This document shows, piece after piece, positions 28,862 through 38,552 of a DNA stretch of 64,000 nt; within the stretch, counting starts at the first letter, position 1; each line of letters starts with the position of its first letter. The position numbers and the translations under genes are program-made. The notes beneath the pieces were generated by a model that was not told the origin of the DNA, made no database searches, and worked only from the letters and a program-made list of their open reading frames with translations. This DNA comes from Candidatus Thalassarchaeum betae. GTDB taxonomy: Archaea > Thermoplasmatota > Poseidoniia > Poseidoniales > Thalassarchaeaceae. The DNA is taken from positions 5,499 to 69,498 of the forward strand of contig JAKUUP010000004.1 of the NCBI GenBank assembly GCA_022447095.1, written 5' to 3'.

Positions 28862-29638
28862 TCAGAGTACCTCAAAGATGAGGCTGCAACAGGTCAGCGC
28901 ACCTTCGGCCTTTGCCAGTTCTGAGGATTCTGCGGGCTGCACGTCAAAACCCCGAGCCGCGAGCCGTTCTCCGGTCCGAGGGAAGTCGGCTCCGAAGAGG
29001 ATCGTGTTGCCGATGCGAACCACATTGGCGGCGTTCGGTTCATCCGGATCAACCGAGATGCAGTTTTGTTCGGGAAAGGTGCCAGCATCTATCCACTCGG
29101 GATTGATGAGCAGGGTGTCGTCCGAGACCGTGGTTGCTGCTGACTTCAGGTGGAGGCATCCGCGGAATTCTGTCTCAATCACACGGTAGCCGTGGTCGGT
29201 GACTAGTGCCCTCAATTGACGCACGGCCTCAGCGTTACTACGGGTAGAGAGGCCGACGTAGATGCTCCTGCCTACGGTCAGGACATCTCCACCGTCGAGT
29301 ATCCCGGGCGCTTGGATGTGACTGATTGGACGATGCGGTGCGACCGTCCGTTCGATCGACGGTCTTTCGCCGCGTCGCGAGGGGGCCCCCGGCCTCGTGA
29401 TGATCGCGATTTCGTCGAGCACAACCGCGATGTCCTCGACGAACACCGAATCAGGAAAGCCTGGGTCCTCGGCAAGGTGTTCGATTCGACAACCAAGGCC
29501 CTCGAGGAGTCCTTCGTAGAGGCTGTGCTGGGCCCTCGCGGTTTCGACGTCGATTTCTTCACGCTCAAGGAGAGTCAGCTCACAGTTTCCAATGGTCGGA
29601 CTAACGCCTCTGGTGATCGCTACAAGCATCGAACTCAC
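28862..29638 (-). CDS. Dimethylarginine dimethylaminohydrolase-like amidinotransferase-superfamily enzyme
   Basis: ILDGGDVLTVGRSIYVGLSTRSN, CLHLKS and the C-terminal AEGALTCCSL catalytic-Cys motif are typical of the DDAH/arginine-deiminase fold. 4-nt overlap with the upstream HNH gene. Confidence 0.55.
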   Translation of the reverse strand: MSSMLVAITRGVSPTIGNCELTLLEREEIDVETARAQHSLYEGLLEGLGCRIEHLAEDPGFPDSVFVEDIAVVLDEIAIITRPGAPSRRGERPSIERTVAPHRPISHIQAPGILDGGDVLTVGRSIYVGLSTRSNAEAVRQLRALVTDHGYRVIETEFRGCLHLKSAATTVSDDTLLINPEWIDAGTFPEQNCISVDPDEPNAANVVRIGNTILFGADFPRTGERLAARGFDVQPAESSELAKAEGALTCCSLIFEVL

Positions 29639-30012
29639 CGCTCCGGCTTCTTCTTGGCCTTCACGGTCTTCGGATTCCAGAGTTCCGAGCCGTCAGCTCG
29701 GGTGGTTGCGAGGCAGGACGAGCGGTTGTGTCCAGTGCGTCCGCACCGGGAGCAAAGAAACTCGCCTCTGGACTTCCTAGGGGGTTTGTCCTCTGCCTTC
29801 TTCTCAAGCCGGTTCCGCATCATCGAATCGGTCATTTGATCGTGACACTTACGGCAAATGTGGACGATTTTTCCCTGATTTCTAGTGAGCCACTGCTGGT
29901 TGACCCCCTCGGTGTTGCCCTGACTGGTGATGTGCTGTGGATCCAAGGTGGCGTGTTGCCCGCAAACCGGGCACTTCCCCCGGCTGTCGGTCTTGTCCCA
30001 CTGTCGTGCCAT
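29635..30012 (-). CDS. HNH-endonuclease-domain protein with a C-terminal CCHC zinc knuckle and a Lys-rich tail
   Basis: CPVCG..DPQHI..N..N..HICRKCH fits the HNH (CxxC...H..N...CxxCH) consensus. CSRCGRTGHNRSSC fits the Cx2Cx4Hx4C zinc knuckle. Start overlaps the DDAH-like gene by ATGA. Confidence 0.5.
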   Translation of the reverse strand: MARQWDKTDSRGKCPVCGQHATLDPQHITSQGNTEGVNQQWLTRNQGKIVHICRKCHDQMTDSMMRNRLEKKAEDKPPRKSRGEFLCSRCGRTGHNRSSCLATTRADGSELWNPKTVKAKKKPER

Positions 30013-30081
30013 GCTCCGCGATGCGTGGAACTGGCCTTCAAGATGGTTACAAATCTCAAGTCGCGTGTGGTAGCGCGGGAT

Positions 30082-31698
30082 TCAGCCGAGAACCCGAGGC
30101 GCTGCGGCGAGGACCTCCTCACTGCAATCCTCGGCGTACTGCTCAAAGTTGTCGATGAACATCTGAGCCAGCAGGTCTGCCACATTGTCGAACCTCTCCT
30201 CCTCATGCCATGTTTCACGGGGCTGGAGGATCTTGTCCGGGACTCCTTGGCAGGTGGTCGGGACTTGGAACCCAAAGCGTTCGTCCTCCACGAACAAGAC
30301 ATCGTCCAAGTCTCCGTCGAGAGCCGCGTTCAGAAGCGCTCTGGTCCACTTGATCTTGATTCGGCTGCTTTCTAAGTGGCCGCCCGCGACCCAACCGGTG
30401 TTGATCAGCCAGCACTTGGAGTCGTTCTTTCGAATCTTGTCCGACAGGAGGCTGGCGTAGACGCTCGGGTGGCGCGGCATGAAGGGTGCACCGAAGCAAG
30501 TCGAGAAGGTGGCCTCCGGCTCGGTGACTCCGACTTCGGTGCCCGCGACCTTTGCGGTGTATCCGGACATGAAGTGGTAAGCGGCCTGTTCTGGGCTCAA
30601 CTTGGACAGAGGAGGGAGTACGCCGAAGGCATCGCAAGTCAGGAAGACGACGTTCTTCGGATTGCCTGCCATCGAGTCGAGGGTGCGGTTCTCTATCGCC
30701 TCGATAGGGTAGGAGCCGCGGGTGTTCTGGGTCAGAGAGCCGTTGTCGAAGTCAGGAGTCCCATCGGCGTTCAGAACGACGTTTTCCAGAATCGAGCCGG
30801 GTCTGCGGGTGGTTGCGAATATCGCCGGCTCGTCCTCCTCTGACAGTCTGATCAGTTTTGCATAGCAGCCTCCCTCGAAATTAAACACGCCGTTGTCAGA
30901 CCAGCCGTGCTCGTCGTCGCCCACCAAGGCACGGCCAGGGTCGGCCGAGAGAGTGGTCTTCCCTGTTCCGGAGAGTCCGAAGAACAGAGCCGATTCCTCG
31001 CCGTCTGTATTGGCAGAGCAGTGCATAGGCAGGAGTCCTTTAGCCGGCAGAATGTGATTCATGATGGTGAAAATAGCCTTCTTGATTTCACCTGCGTAGT
31101 GGGTGCCCCCAATGATCACCAGACCGCGGTCGAGAGCGAGGACGACGAAAGCGTCGGAGTTGGTGCCGTCGTCCCTAGGCTCGGCTCTCAGGTCGGGCGC
31201 GTGGAGTATGGTGTACTGCGGGATGTGTGAGACCAACTCCTCCTTTGAGGCGCGCACGAACATGTTGTGCATGAAAGCCGCGTGCCAAGCCTTCTCGGTG
31301 ACCAGTCTGACCGGCATCCGATAATCGGGGTCCGCCCCGCAGAAAGCATCCTTCACGAACAGATGGGCAGAGTTGTCCTAGTATTCTCTGGTCTTATCCA
31401 GAAGTCCCTCGAACACCTCCGGTTCAGTTGGCATGTTCACTTCACCCCACCAAACGCGCTCGGCGAGTCCAGGCTCATTGACGATGAAGCGGTCGTTCGG
31501 TGAGCGACCTGTTCGCTTACCAGTGGTTGCCAGTAGTACTCCATGAGCAGTCAGTTTTCCCTCGCCGCGCTCTACGGCAATCCTGTGTAATTCCTCCCAA
31601 CCCAGATTCCAATGCACTGCGCCTTGAGGATCAAGTCCATGAGAGGCGAGCGGGGTGGCGAAGTTGCGGGAGTCACCAGGCATCGACGATGACTCCAT
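30082..31698 (-). pseudogene. pckA: Phosphoenolpyruvate carboxykinase (ATP) interrupted by a single in-frame TAG at 31378-31380. It reads as N-fragment 106 aa plus C-fragment 424 aa in the same frame
   Basis: The N-fragment (..LLATTGKRTGRSPNDRFIV..) and the C-fragment (..HLFVKDAFCGADPDY.., GLSGTGKTTLSADP kinase-1a motif) are collinear with PckA. Only one amber codon separates them (..DKTREY*DNSAHLFVKDAFCGA..). There is no frameshift. Confidence 0.7.
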
Positions 31699-31787
31699 GG
31701 CGAGCGACGTTGAGATTTACCCTTCAAGCGTTGCGGCTGTCCTATCACTCTCTATAATGGCGAAAGGCGCTGTTCCGAGTACTTCAG

Positions 31788-34700
31788 TTGGGGATGCGAT
31801 TATGCGGGAGTGGCTTCGGTCGGGATTTGATGAGTGATGATCCTCCGGATGACAGAATCATCCGAGAGCGAGAGTTTCGCAGGCGTGTTAACGTCGATTT
31901 GAGTGATGTCGTGGTTCCTGAAAGGAGCGGGGGTGAGGAGGAGCACCGCGAGAAGCTTGCCGCCGCGGTCGACGAGGCCCTGGGCAACGTGTTCGACCCA
32001 TTCGAGCAGGCTAGCGGCAATGAACCCGGGGCGATACAGGAGGACGGTAGCGTTCCTCTCGCGCCCGAGCGTGATATCATGACCGAAGTCGCCATCGAGG
32101 GCGAGCGTCGCGTCAACTGGCTGCTCATGGTAGCGATGATACTGGTCTACAGCGCCATTGGGATTCAGGCTGGCGTAGCACTGTCGCCGTACCTAGCGAT
32201 GGCAGTGCTGCTCATTCTCGCTGCAGTCGGTTTCGCTCTCGGTGAGCGATGGGTGCCTGAGCGGAATATGACCTTGCTCGGCGTCACTTGGGTCATCATT
32301 GCGATGAAGGTCCTGTATGGGCTCGCAATCGAGCTCAATCGGTGGGACTACATCGACGTCGAGTCCCTCGGTGTCCTACTGCTGTTCCTAGTGGCGGTGA
32401 ACGTTCTAGTCTCCTATAGACACGACCATGATGCCATCGCCGCGCAATCCACGCTGGTCTTGCTCGCCATAGGCTCGACGGCCGGTTCGGTCCTAGGTGA
32501 AATCGGTGTTGCGGTGATGATTCTCGTTGCCACTTTGCTAATGCACGGTCTGGCACTTCATCGCCAGTCCGGGAATCTGGCTGCTCTCGGTGTCGCCGCA
32601 TCCAATCTCTGGATAGGCATGCACGCCATCACTGGCGGCTTTGAGATAGGTAGTCTGAAGATTCTGTCTCTGGAAAGCCCGCTGCTGCTCTTCCTGTTGT
32701 TGATGGCCGTAACTGGAATCAATGCCACTATGGCCGCGCGCTTTGCGCGCGAGGACAATTGGTTCTCCAAGGCCTTCAAGGCCCTAGGCCTAGGTGAGCC
32801 GGGCCTCTGGGGGGTCTCGATCTCACTTGGCATGGTTGGAGCACTGCTCACTGTTGCCGCTAGTCGTGAGGAGATGGGTTACGCGCTCGGTATGGTGAGC
32901 TTTCTTGGAGCGGCCTTCGGTGGCTCTTACCTCTCTGTCAGAGGGGTTGAATCGAGGCGGGTTGCGATTCCCCTGCTAGGGGCTGCACCAGTACTCGTAC
33001 TGATTCTGCTGGCCGGAGACAGAGTTGGTGATACCCTTCCCGTGGACTCGTATGAGATGTTCACTGTACTGGGCACCATAGTCACCGGTTTCGTGATGCT
33101 GAGAGACCAAGAGAGAGTCACAGACAGGGTGCTGTGGCTCGGCGCGGTCGTCATCCTGACATTGTTGGTGATACTCGTGCCGACCGAAACATCCGAGGTA
33201 GGAGGAGATGGTGGGTTTCTGCTGCTGGCTCTGCTGGGAGCACTGCACATCGGCACAGCTGTTTTGGCAATCAACCGAGAATCGCCCTCACTTGCAGGCG
33301 TGACCGTGTTATTACCATGGAGCTGGGTGCTCATTGAGGAGGTGATCCAAGAGACTGTCAGAACTCTCCTCGTCGCCAACGACGCAGCCGACCCCGGTAG
33401 CATCATCGATCTTGGCCCCGGGCCTCTGGGGGCCTATCTGGCACTATCTTCGGTACTTCTCGTGGTAGTTAACGTCAGGCTCGGTGAGACGGGGGTCAAT
33501 CTAGCAGCGCGCTTCCTCGGAGTGACCGAGATGTCCGCTTCAATACGGGACTCTGGGGCACTACAACTCTGGTCGATCGGGTTGTGGCTGCCACTGCTCA
33601 CGATGATATTCATGGCTCACTTCGGCGGTTTCACAGCCGTTACGCTGCTCTTGCTCCTCCTTCTTCTCACGACTCTGCACTTCGGTGCTGAAATCACAGG
33701 TAGGAGGGTGGGTGATGCCGGTAATATGGTCACGGTTCTGGCGGTTGCGGTTGTGGTCATGGAGTGGCGGCACGGGCTCTTCGTGCCGCTGTCCGCACTG
33801 CTCTGCCTCTCAATCGCCTCCCTGATGCTCACTCGAGCGAGGGATAATGAGAGTCTGTACACCAGCGGGATGTCGTTGATGAGTCTGCCACTGTTGCTGG
33901 CGCTCTCAGGAAGAGAGGCGACTAGGATTCTGGAATTGACAGAATCGCTGCCTGAAGTCGATATGGTTCTGGTTTCTGTGGCATGCGCCGCAATTGTCCT
34001 GGGGGTCTATCTGCCTCGCGCGGGAAGTATAGAGAAGTTGCTCAATCCCGCCCTCGCAGCGCTCTGGCTCCTGGTGATTGTCATCGCTCTGTCGTTCGAT
34101 CAGGGCAATCAGACCGCCCAAATCACCTCGGTAACGATGTTTGTAGTCAGTTCTCTGTGGCTGGTGGCACGTGGTGAACTGAGGGCCGAGCTCAAGTCGG
34201 CAGCCATGCGTGACACGAGATTTGAGATGGCTGCCAAAGCCGTAGAAGATGAGGCGATATTCGAAGGCAGTGGGGAGGTCTCGATGTACGACGCTCGGAG
34301 GGCCGCTATGGAGGCTGAACGTCGCAAGAGGCGCGACAAGACGGCCACCGACGACCTCAGGGAGCTCTACACCACCGACGTCAGCCACAAACCCGTCGTC
34401 GTGACAGCGGTGCTCTCGCTGATACTTGGTGCGGGAATCATACTGGGTCTTCTCTACGGGCCGAATCCGCTGATGCTGGTAGCAATCGGAGCCTTCGCGA
34501 CTGTCCTCATCATATTGGCCCGCCACCGCTCAAAGAGTTTGGAACTCGACTTGCCTCACATCATGGGCATGGAGATGCCGATAGCAATGGCAATCGGCGG
34601 ACTGGTCGCCGCTCATGTGGCATCTCATCTCGGACCGGGGGGCAGTAACCAAGACCTACTGGATCTTGCTGTAGTCACGGTGCTGCTGCTTGAACTCGTG

Positions 34701-35561
34701 GCGATATCACTGACTGGTCAGGACAAGCTGTTGGACCGGATACCCATAGCCCTCGACTGGGTTGTGCTCCCTCTGCTAGTCGGCCGGATGATGGGGGCGA
34801 TTGCGGTCGAGGCTCTGCCATTCCCGCTCTCGATCAACCCGTTTGAGGGCGACATGCTCGAATGGGAGATGCCGTGGATGCTACTTGAGTCGGCGCTGAT
34901 CCTCTGCGTCCTGACTGATGTGTGGGTCGATCGAAGGAGACTGGCTGCCGGGCGAGAGGACTGGAAGAGTTCCTCCGGCAGAGGTGCTCGCAGTTTGGCC
35001 ATCGTGCTGCTCTCATTCGGCCCCGCAGGAATCCTAGCTGTCTCCAGTGCCATCATACAGGGCTGGAAGTACAGGCAGCCGAGCGCGGTTGGCATCGCTA
35101 TCCTTGCCGGACCGATGGCGCTGTTCGCCGCCGGGAACTGGTTCGGGCCTGCAATGGACGTGTTTCCCGAAGTCACCATGGCCACAGGTCTGCTGCTTCT
35201 GGTCCTGTGCGCCATGACTGTTCCCCTCAAGGGCGATGACTGGACGATGATGTTGGCGTTCAACTCGCATCTGCTCATCATCGCAGTCACCGTAGCGCAT
35301 CAAGCAACCTCGGTTCTACTTCCTGTGCTGCTCATCGCACTTTCCTCTACGGTCTGGATTGTGGGGATACTGCAACTACGTCGGGCCCTGCGAATCTGGG
35401 GCTTGGCCGACCTGCTGGTGGCCATCGTCTGCGGGCTCATATTCGTCGAAGACATATTCGAGCCGACCACGCTGCTGGTCGCCCTAGTAGTGGTTGCTGC
35501 GGAACTCGGTGTGGTCTCGTGGCTCGGTCTGCGCAACGAAGAGCAGTTGGTCAAGGACTGA
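31788..35561 (+). CDS. Very large (1257 aa) polytopic membrane protein of unknown function (about 30 predicted TM helices, ~100-aa cytoplasmic acidic N-terminus, one charged central loop)
   Basis: Continuous ORF dominated by hydrophobic 20-25-aa segments rich in L/A/V/G. I recognise no transporter or enzymatic signature. Confidence 0.6.
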   Translation: MGMRLCGSGFGRDLMSDDPPDDRIIREREFRRRVNVDLSDVVVPERSGGEEEHREKLAAAVDEALGNVFDPFEQASGNEPGAIQEDGSVPLAPERDIMTEVAIEGERRVNWLLMVAMILVYSAIGIQAGVALSPYLAMAVLLILAAVGFALGERWVPERNMTLLGVTWVIIAMKVLYGLAIELNRWDYIDVESLGVLLLFLVAVNVLVSYRHDHDAIAAQSTLVLLAIGSTAGSVLGEIGVAVMILVATLLMHGLALHRQSGNLAALGVAASNLWIGMHAITGGFEIGSLKILSLESPLLLFLLLMAVTGINATMAARFAREDNWFSKAFKALGLGEPGLWGVSISLGMVGALLTVAASREEMGYALGMVSFLGAAFGGSYLSVRGVESRRVAIPLLGAAPVLVLILLAGDRVGDTLPVDSYEMFTVLGTIVTGFVMLRDQERVTDRVLWLGAVVILTLLVILVPTETSEVGGDGGFLLLALLGALHIGTAVLAINRESPSLAGVTVLLPWSWVLIEEVIQETVRTLLVANDAADPGSIIDLGPGPLGAYLALSSVLLVVVNVRLGETGVNLAARFLGVTEMSASIRDSGALQLWSIGLWLPLLTMIFMAHFGGFTAVTLLLLLLLLTTLHFGAEITGRRVGDAGNMVTVLAVAVVVMEWRHGLFVPLSALLCLSIASLMLTRARDNESLYTSGMSLMSLPLLLALSGREATRILELTESLPEVDMVLVSVACAAIVLGVYLPRAGSIEKLLNPALAALWLLVIVIALSFDQGNQTAQITSVTMFVVSSLWLVARGELRAELKSAAMRDTRFEMAAKAVEDEAIFEGSGEVSMYDARRAAMEAERRKRRDKTATDDLRELYTTDVSHKPVVVTAVLSLILGAGIILGLLYGPNPLMLVAIGAFATVLIILARHRSKSLELDLPHIMGMEMPIAMAIGGLVAAHVASHLGPGGSNQDLLDLAVVTVLLLELVAISLTGQDKLLDRIPIALDWVVLPLLVGRMMGAIAVEALPFPLSINPFEGDMLEWEMPWMLLESALILCVLTDVWVDRRRLAAGREDWKSSSGRGARSLAIVLLSFGPAGILAVSSAIIQGWKYRQPSAVGIAILAGPMALFAAGNWFGPAMDVFPEVTMATGLLLLVLCAMTVPLKGDDWTMMLAFNSHLLIIAVTVAHQATSVLLPVLLIALSSTVWIVGILQLRRALRIWGLADLLVAIVCGLIFVEDIFEPTTLLVALVVVAAELGVVSWLGLRNEEQLVKD

Positions 35562-35670
35562 AGATTGTCCTTAGAAGGGACATTGCGAGCCTGTCGCAGA
35601 CTAGGGTAATCGAATCTGCACAATCTCCGAATGGGCCAACGTTGATGACAGACGGCACCGACAAGCAATC

Positions 35671-36621
35671 GTGACAAGGTCTTGGATATCGGACACACCC
35701 GACGAGGTCGAGCATCCTCCCGTGCCGTTGGGTCTCAACGAGATGGCGGTCCCGAGGGCCGCCATACTGCTGTCTCTGGGCACCGCTGTCGTGTTGATAC
35801 TATCGACAATCTGGCTCGGTTGGGCGGCTTGGAACTTCAATGCCAATCTGGAGGCGTCTTTCGGACCTGCAACCGAAGCACCTTCCATAGACGGCCGCTG
35901 GGCTTGGGAGGTCGACCTGTTGTTCGATACCTGCTCTGCCCGGGAGGACGGTTGGGCTTGGCCAGACAGCCTTGCTGAGCAGGACGACGTGTTCCTGTAC
36001 CCAGGTGAACTCCGCTGCGATTGGGAGCATCAGGGAGATGGTGACCGTGCCAGTGTCGTCATCTACAATCGCGGGAACAAGTCTCTCGATCTGGTGTTGG
36101 AGATCCAAGGAGAGGGTGTCGTCTTCTCGGCGAGCGATGAGCCGGGTGATGTGTTGAGTCTGGAGGGCAACGAGAGCAGGATCGTGGAGGTTGAGCTTCT
36201 GGAAGACTTGTCCGAGAGCGATATCAGGATTTCAGTAAGTCATCTCACAGTGGTGGACGCGGAGGTTCTCCTAGACGTGCACATATTCGAGGGCACAGAG
36301 GAGCGAGACATCCACATCAATGACAACGACAGAATCGAGGTGCACTACGTCGTCTGGAACGCCGACACCGATGAGCAGCTTGACGAGGGTGACTTGCTTG
36401 TAACCGCAGGTGACGATGGCACTTACATCTACGGATTTGGCTGGTCGGCGATAGGTTTGGACATTGACAACGACAGGGGGCTCATCCCGGGCATTGACAC
36501 AGGCACTTCCCATACCACTCTGCTGCCCCCTCCCATCGCCTACGGAAACAGTGACGGTCATGAATTGCAGGATGCTTGGCTGCGTTTCGAGTTGAAGGTC
36601 GACAGGGCACCGATTTCCTAG
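35671..36621 (+). CDS. Membrane-anchored protein with a C-terminal FKBP-type peptidyl-prolyl isomerase-like domain
   Basis: N-terminal TM (AAILLSLGTAVVLILSTIWLGW). The C-terminal segment IEVHYVVWNADTDEQLDEGDLLVTAGDDGTYIYGFGWSAIGLDI...IAYGNSDGHELQDAWLRFELKV is FKBP-like (vHY.g.l.dG..fd..........GWd.gl...iaYG......ip..a.l.FeleL). Confidence 0.5.
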   Translation: MTRSWISDTPDEVEHPPVPLGLNEMAVPRAAILLSLGTAVVLILSTIWLGWAAWNFNANLEASFGPATEAPSIDGRWAWEVDLLFDTCSAREDGWAWPDSLAEQDDVFLYPGELRCDWEHQGDGDRASVVIYNRGNKSLDLVLEIQGEGVVFSASDEPGDVLSLEGNESRIVEVELLEDLSESDIRISVSHLTVVDAEVLLDVHIFEGTEERDIHINDNDRIEVHYVVWNADTDEQLDEGDLLVTAGDDGTYIYGFGWSAIGLDIDNDRGLIPGIDTGTSHTTLLPPPIAYGNSDGHELQDAWLRFELKVDRAPIS

Positions 36622-36647
36622 GGAACTCACGAAAGTGACTTGACCAT

Positions 36648-37967
36648 GTGCTTGGAGGCGATGACGTGGAGGAAGGAAGTCGGCACACTGCTCTGAGCCC
36701 CTCCGCGCAGCTCGCGAAGGAGGCTAGGAAGCGCGCCAAGGCTGAGTCCGCGCGCCAAGGAGAGCCGGCTTTCCACATGACTGAGGAGATGCGTAGGCTC
36801 TCAACTCCATGGTACGTGGCACTGGCCCGAGCTAAGCGGATCGACTCCACTGTCCTGCCTGCCGGTGTGATTCTTGACGCTGCTGCAGGGTCCGGTCTAC
36901 AACTGGTCGCATACTCACGAGAACTCAAGCGGCCAGCCTTGGGCATCGAGGCAGATGGCAACATAGCCGTCCTGTGCGCTGCGAACATGCACATCAACTC
37001 AGACGAGGGGGACCTGCAACGCTCGATGGACCGTGTCATCATCGGTGATGGTTCTGATGCCGAAGGCGCCATCACGGAGTACTGGAACAGCCTCCGAGAG
37101 GCTGGGACCCGTGCGCATCCCCCGATTGCTATGTTGCATCTCGACCCTGCGCGTCCGCTCGATGCGCAGAATCACGATGTGGACGAGATGCAGCCTGCTA
37201 TTGGACCCGTCCTGAGTTCGTGGGGAGAACACCTACAGAGCGGTCCGAGAGGGCCGGCGGTGCTGCTCGACCTGTCGCCTCGCCTCGGCGAGGATCAGCA
37301 AGGCATGATCGAGGCTATGGTCGGCATCACCTTCCCTGGAGTCAGCCGCACCTGGGAGTGGCTGAGCCAAGGAGGTGGGAGAGTCGACCGGCTCTCACTG
37401 TGGATAGGTGCCCTGTCATCGAAGAAGAGTCATCGGTGCGTCAGGATGGGAAGGAAGAACGTACTCGCTGTGATAGAGGGGGCTCCATCGGAATCTGAGG
37501 TTGCTCAGATGAGTTCCCCTCCTCCCTTCGGCGCCTGGATGACCATCGTCGACCCTGCTCTCGTTCACAGCGGCCTACAGGAAACCTGGCTGGAGGCGGC
37601 CCTGCGAGAAGGCGGTGGCCACTCGTGGCTGCGGCTCGACGGTCGACGGCCGCTGCTGATTCACACTGACCCGCTCAACGACTCAGAAGATGTCGATGGA
37701 TTCGTCGTGGCGAGCGGTGAAATCGTGCAGCACAGACTCAGGCCGCCCGAACTCCACACCATAGATCAGACAGCTGCCTCTGCAGCGAGGAAAGGTGTCG
37801 GCAAGCTCACTCTGCGCTGCAGTCTAGACCCCGACATCCACCCAACGCTGCAGCGAAGGCTGGACAGGGAGTTGAAGGAAATAGACGGCGAGAGGGGTTT
37901 CATGGTCGATATTGATCTCGAACGGGGCTCGGGAAGTCACAAACTGTACGTTGTCTGCAAGGAGTAG
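36648..37967 (+). CDS. Class-I SAM-dependent methyltransferase-like protein with a ~200-aa C-terminal extension
   Basis: VILDAAAGSGLQLVAYS (motif I), GIEADGN (acidic end of beta-2) and AMLHLDPARP (DPPY-like motif IV variant). Confidence 0.4.
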   Translation: MLGGDDVEEGSRHTALSPSAQLAKEARKRAKAESARQGEPAFHMTEEMRRLSTPWYVALARAKRIDSTVLPAGVILDAAAGSGLQLVAYSRELKRPALGIEADGNIAVLCAANMHINSDEGDLQRSMDRVIIGDGSDAEGAITEYWNSLREAGTRAHPPIAMLHLDPARPLDAQNHDVDEMQPAIGPVLSSWGEHLQSGPRGPAVLLDLSPRLGEDQQGMIEAMVGITFPGVSRTWEWLSQGGGRVDRLSLWIGALSSKKSHRCVRMGRKNVLAVIEGAPSESEVAQMSSPPPFGAWMTIVDPALVHSGLQETWLEAALREGGGHSWLRLDGRRPLLIHTDPLNDSEDVDGFVVASGEIVQHRLRPPELHTIDQTAASAARKGVGKLTLRCSLDPDIHPTLQRRLDRELKEIDGERGFMVDIDLERGSGSHKLYVVCKE

Positions 37968-37981
37968 TAGGCGCTCCCGGT

Positions 37982-37996
37982 CGCCCCGTAGGGGCG
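37982..37996. terminator. Hairpin CGCCCC-gta-GGGGCG directly after the methyltransferase gene stop
   Basis: Perfect 6-bp GC stem 15 nt after the stop at 37967. A TTCAAATAGG TATA-like element follows, ahead of the uS13 gene. Confidence 0.35.
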
Positions 37997-38080
37997 TCCA
38001 ATCGGTTCAAATAGGGAAGGTAGGTCGCCGAGATGCCCAATGGGCCACCGGGCAACCGGTGAACACGGGGGAACCGTACA

Positions 38081-38542
38081 ATGCCAGAAGATGCTGAACT
38101 CGGAGATGACTTCGCCTACATTCTCCGTATGGCCGATAGTGACGTCGACGGACTGAGGCCTATTGAAATCGGATTGACTTCCATTAAGGGCGTGGGGATG
38201 CGTACTTCTCAGCAAATCTGCCGCTTGGCTGGGATCAACGGGAAGACCTTGGGCGGTCATCTCTCCGAGGAAGAGCAGGACAGTCTGCGTAGCGCTATAG
38301 ACGACTACGCCACCACCGTGCCGTGGTGGCTCGTTAACCGGCAGCGTGACCTTGGAACCAACGAGGATGCTCACATCGTCGCGATGGAGGTCAAGATGAC
38401 CCGCGAAGACGACATATCTCGAATGGCCGGTATCAAGGCCTACAGAGGGATGAGGCACAGGAGCGGCCACAAGGTCCGCGGACAGCGCCTCAGATCAAAT
38501 GGTCGCAAGGGGTCATCACTCGGTGTCGAGAAGAAGAAATGA
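38081..38542 (+). CDS. rps13: 30S ribosomal protein S13 (uS13)
   Basis: IEIGLTSIKGVGMRTSQQICRLAGI and ..AYRGMRHRSGHKVRGQRLRSNGRKG are uS13 hallmarks. Confidence 0.85.
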   Translation: MPEDAELGDDFAYILRMADSDVDGLRPIEIGLTSIKGVGMRTSQQICRLAGINGKTLGGHLSEEEQDSLRSAIDDYATTVPWWLVNRQRDLGTNEDAHIVAMEVKMTREDDISRMAGIKAYRGMRHRSGHKVRGQRLRSNGRKGSSLGVEKKK

Positions 38543-38552
38543 GGTGTGAAAT

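Noticed and set aside
28674-29189. 171-aa plus-strand ORF after maeB
   Set aside because: Overlaps the DDAH-like gene antisense. Its composition is biased and it has no start context.
29216-29839. 207-aa plus-strand ORF spanning the DDAH and HNH genes
   Set aside because: Opposite strand to two genes with recognisable motifs. No motifs of its own.
36482-37075. 197-aa minus-strand ORF
   Set aside because: Antisense to the methyltransferase-like gene.
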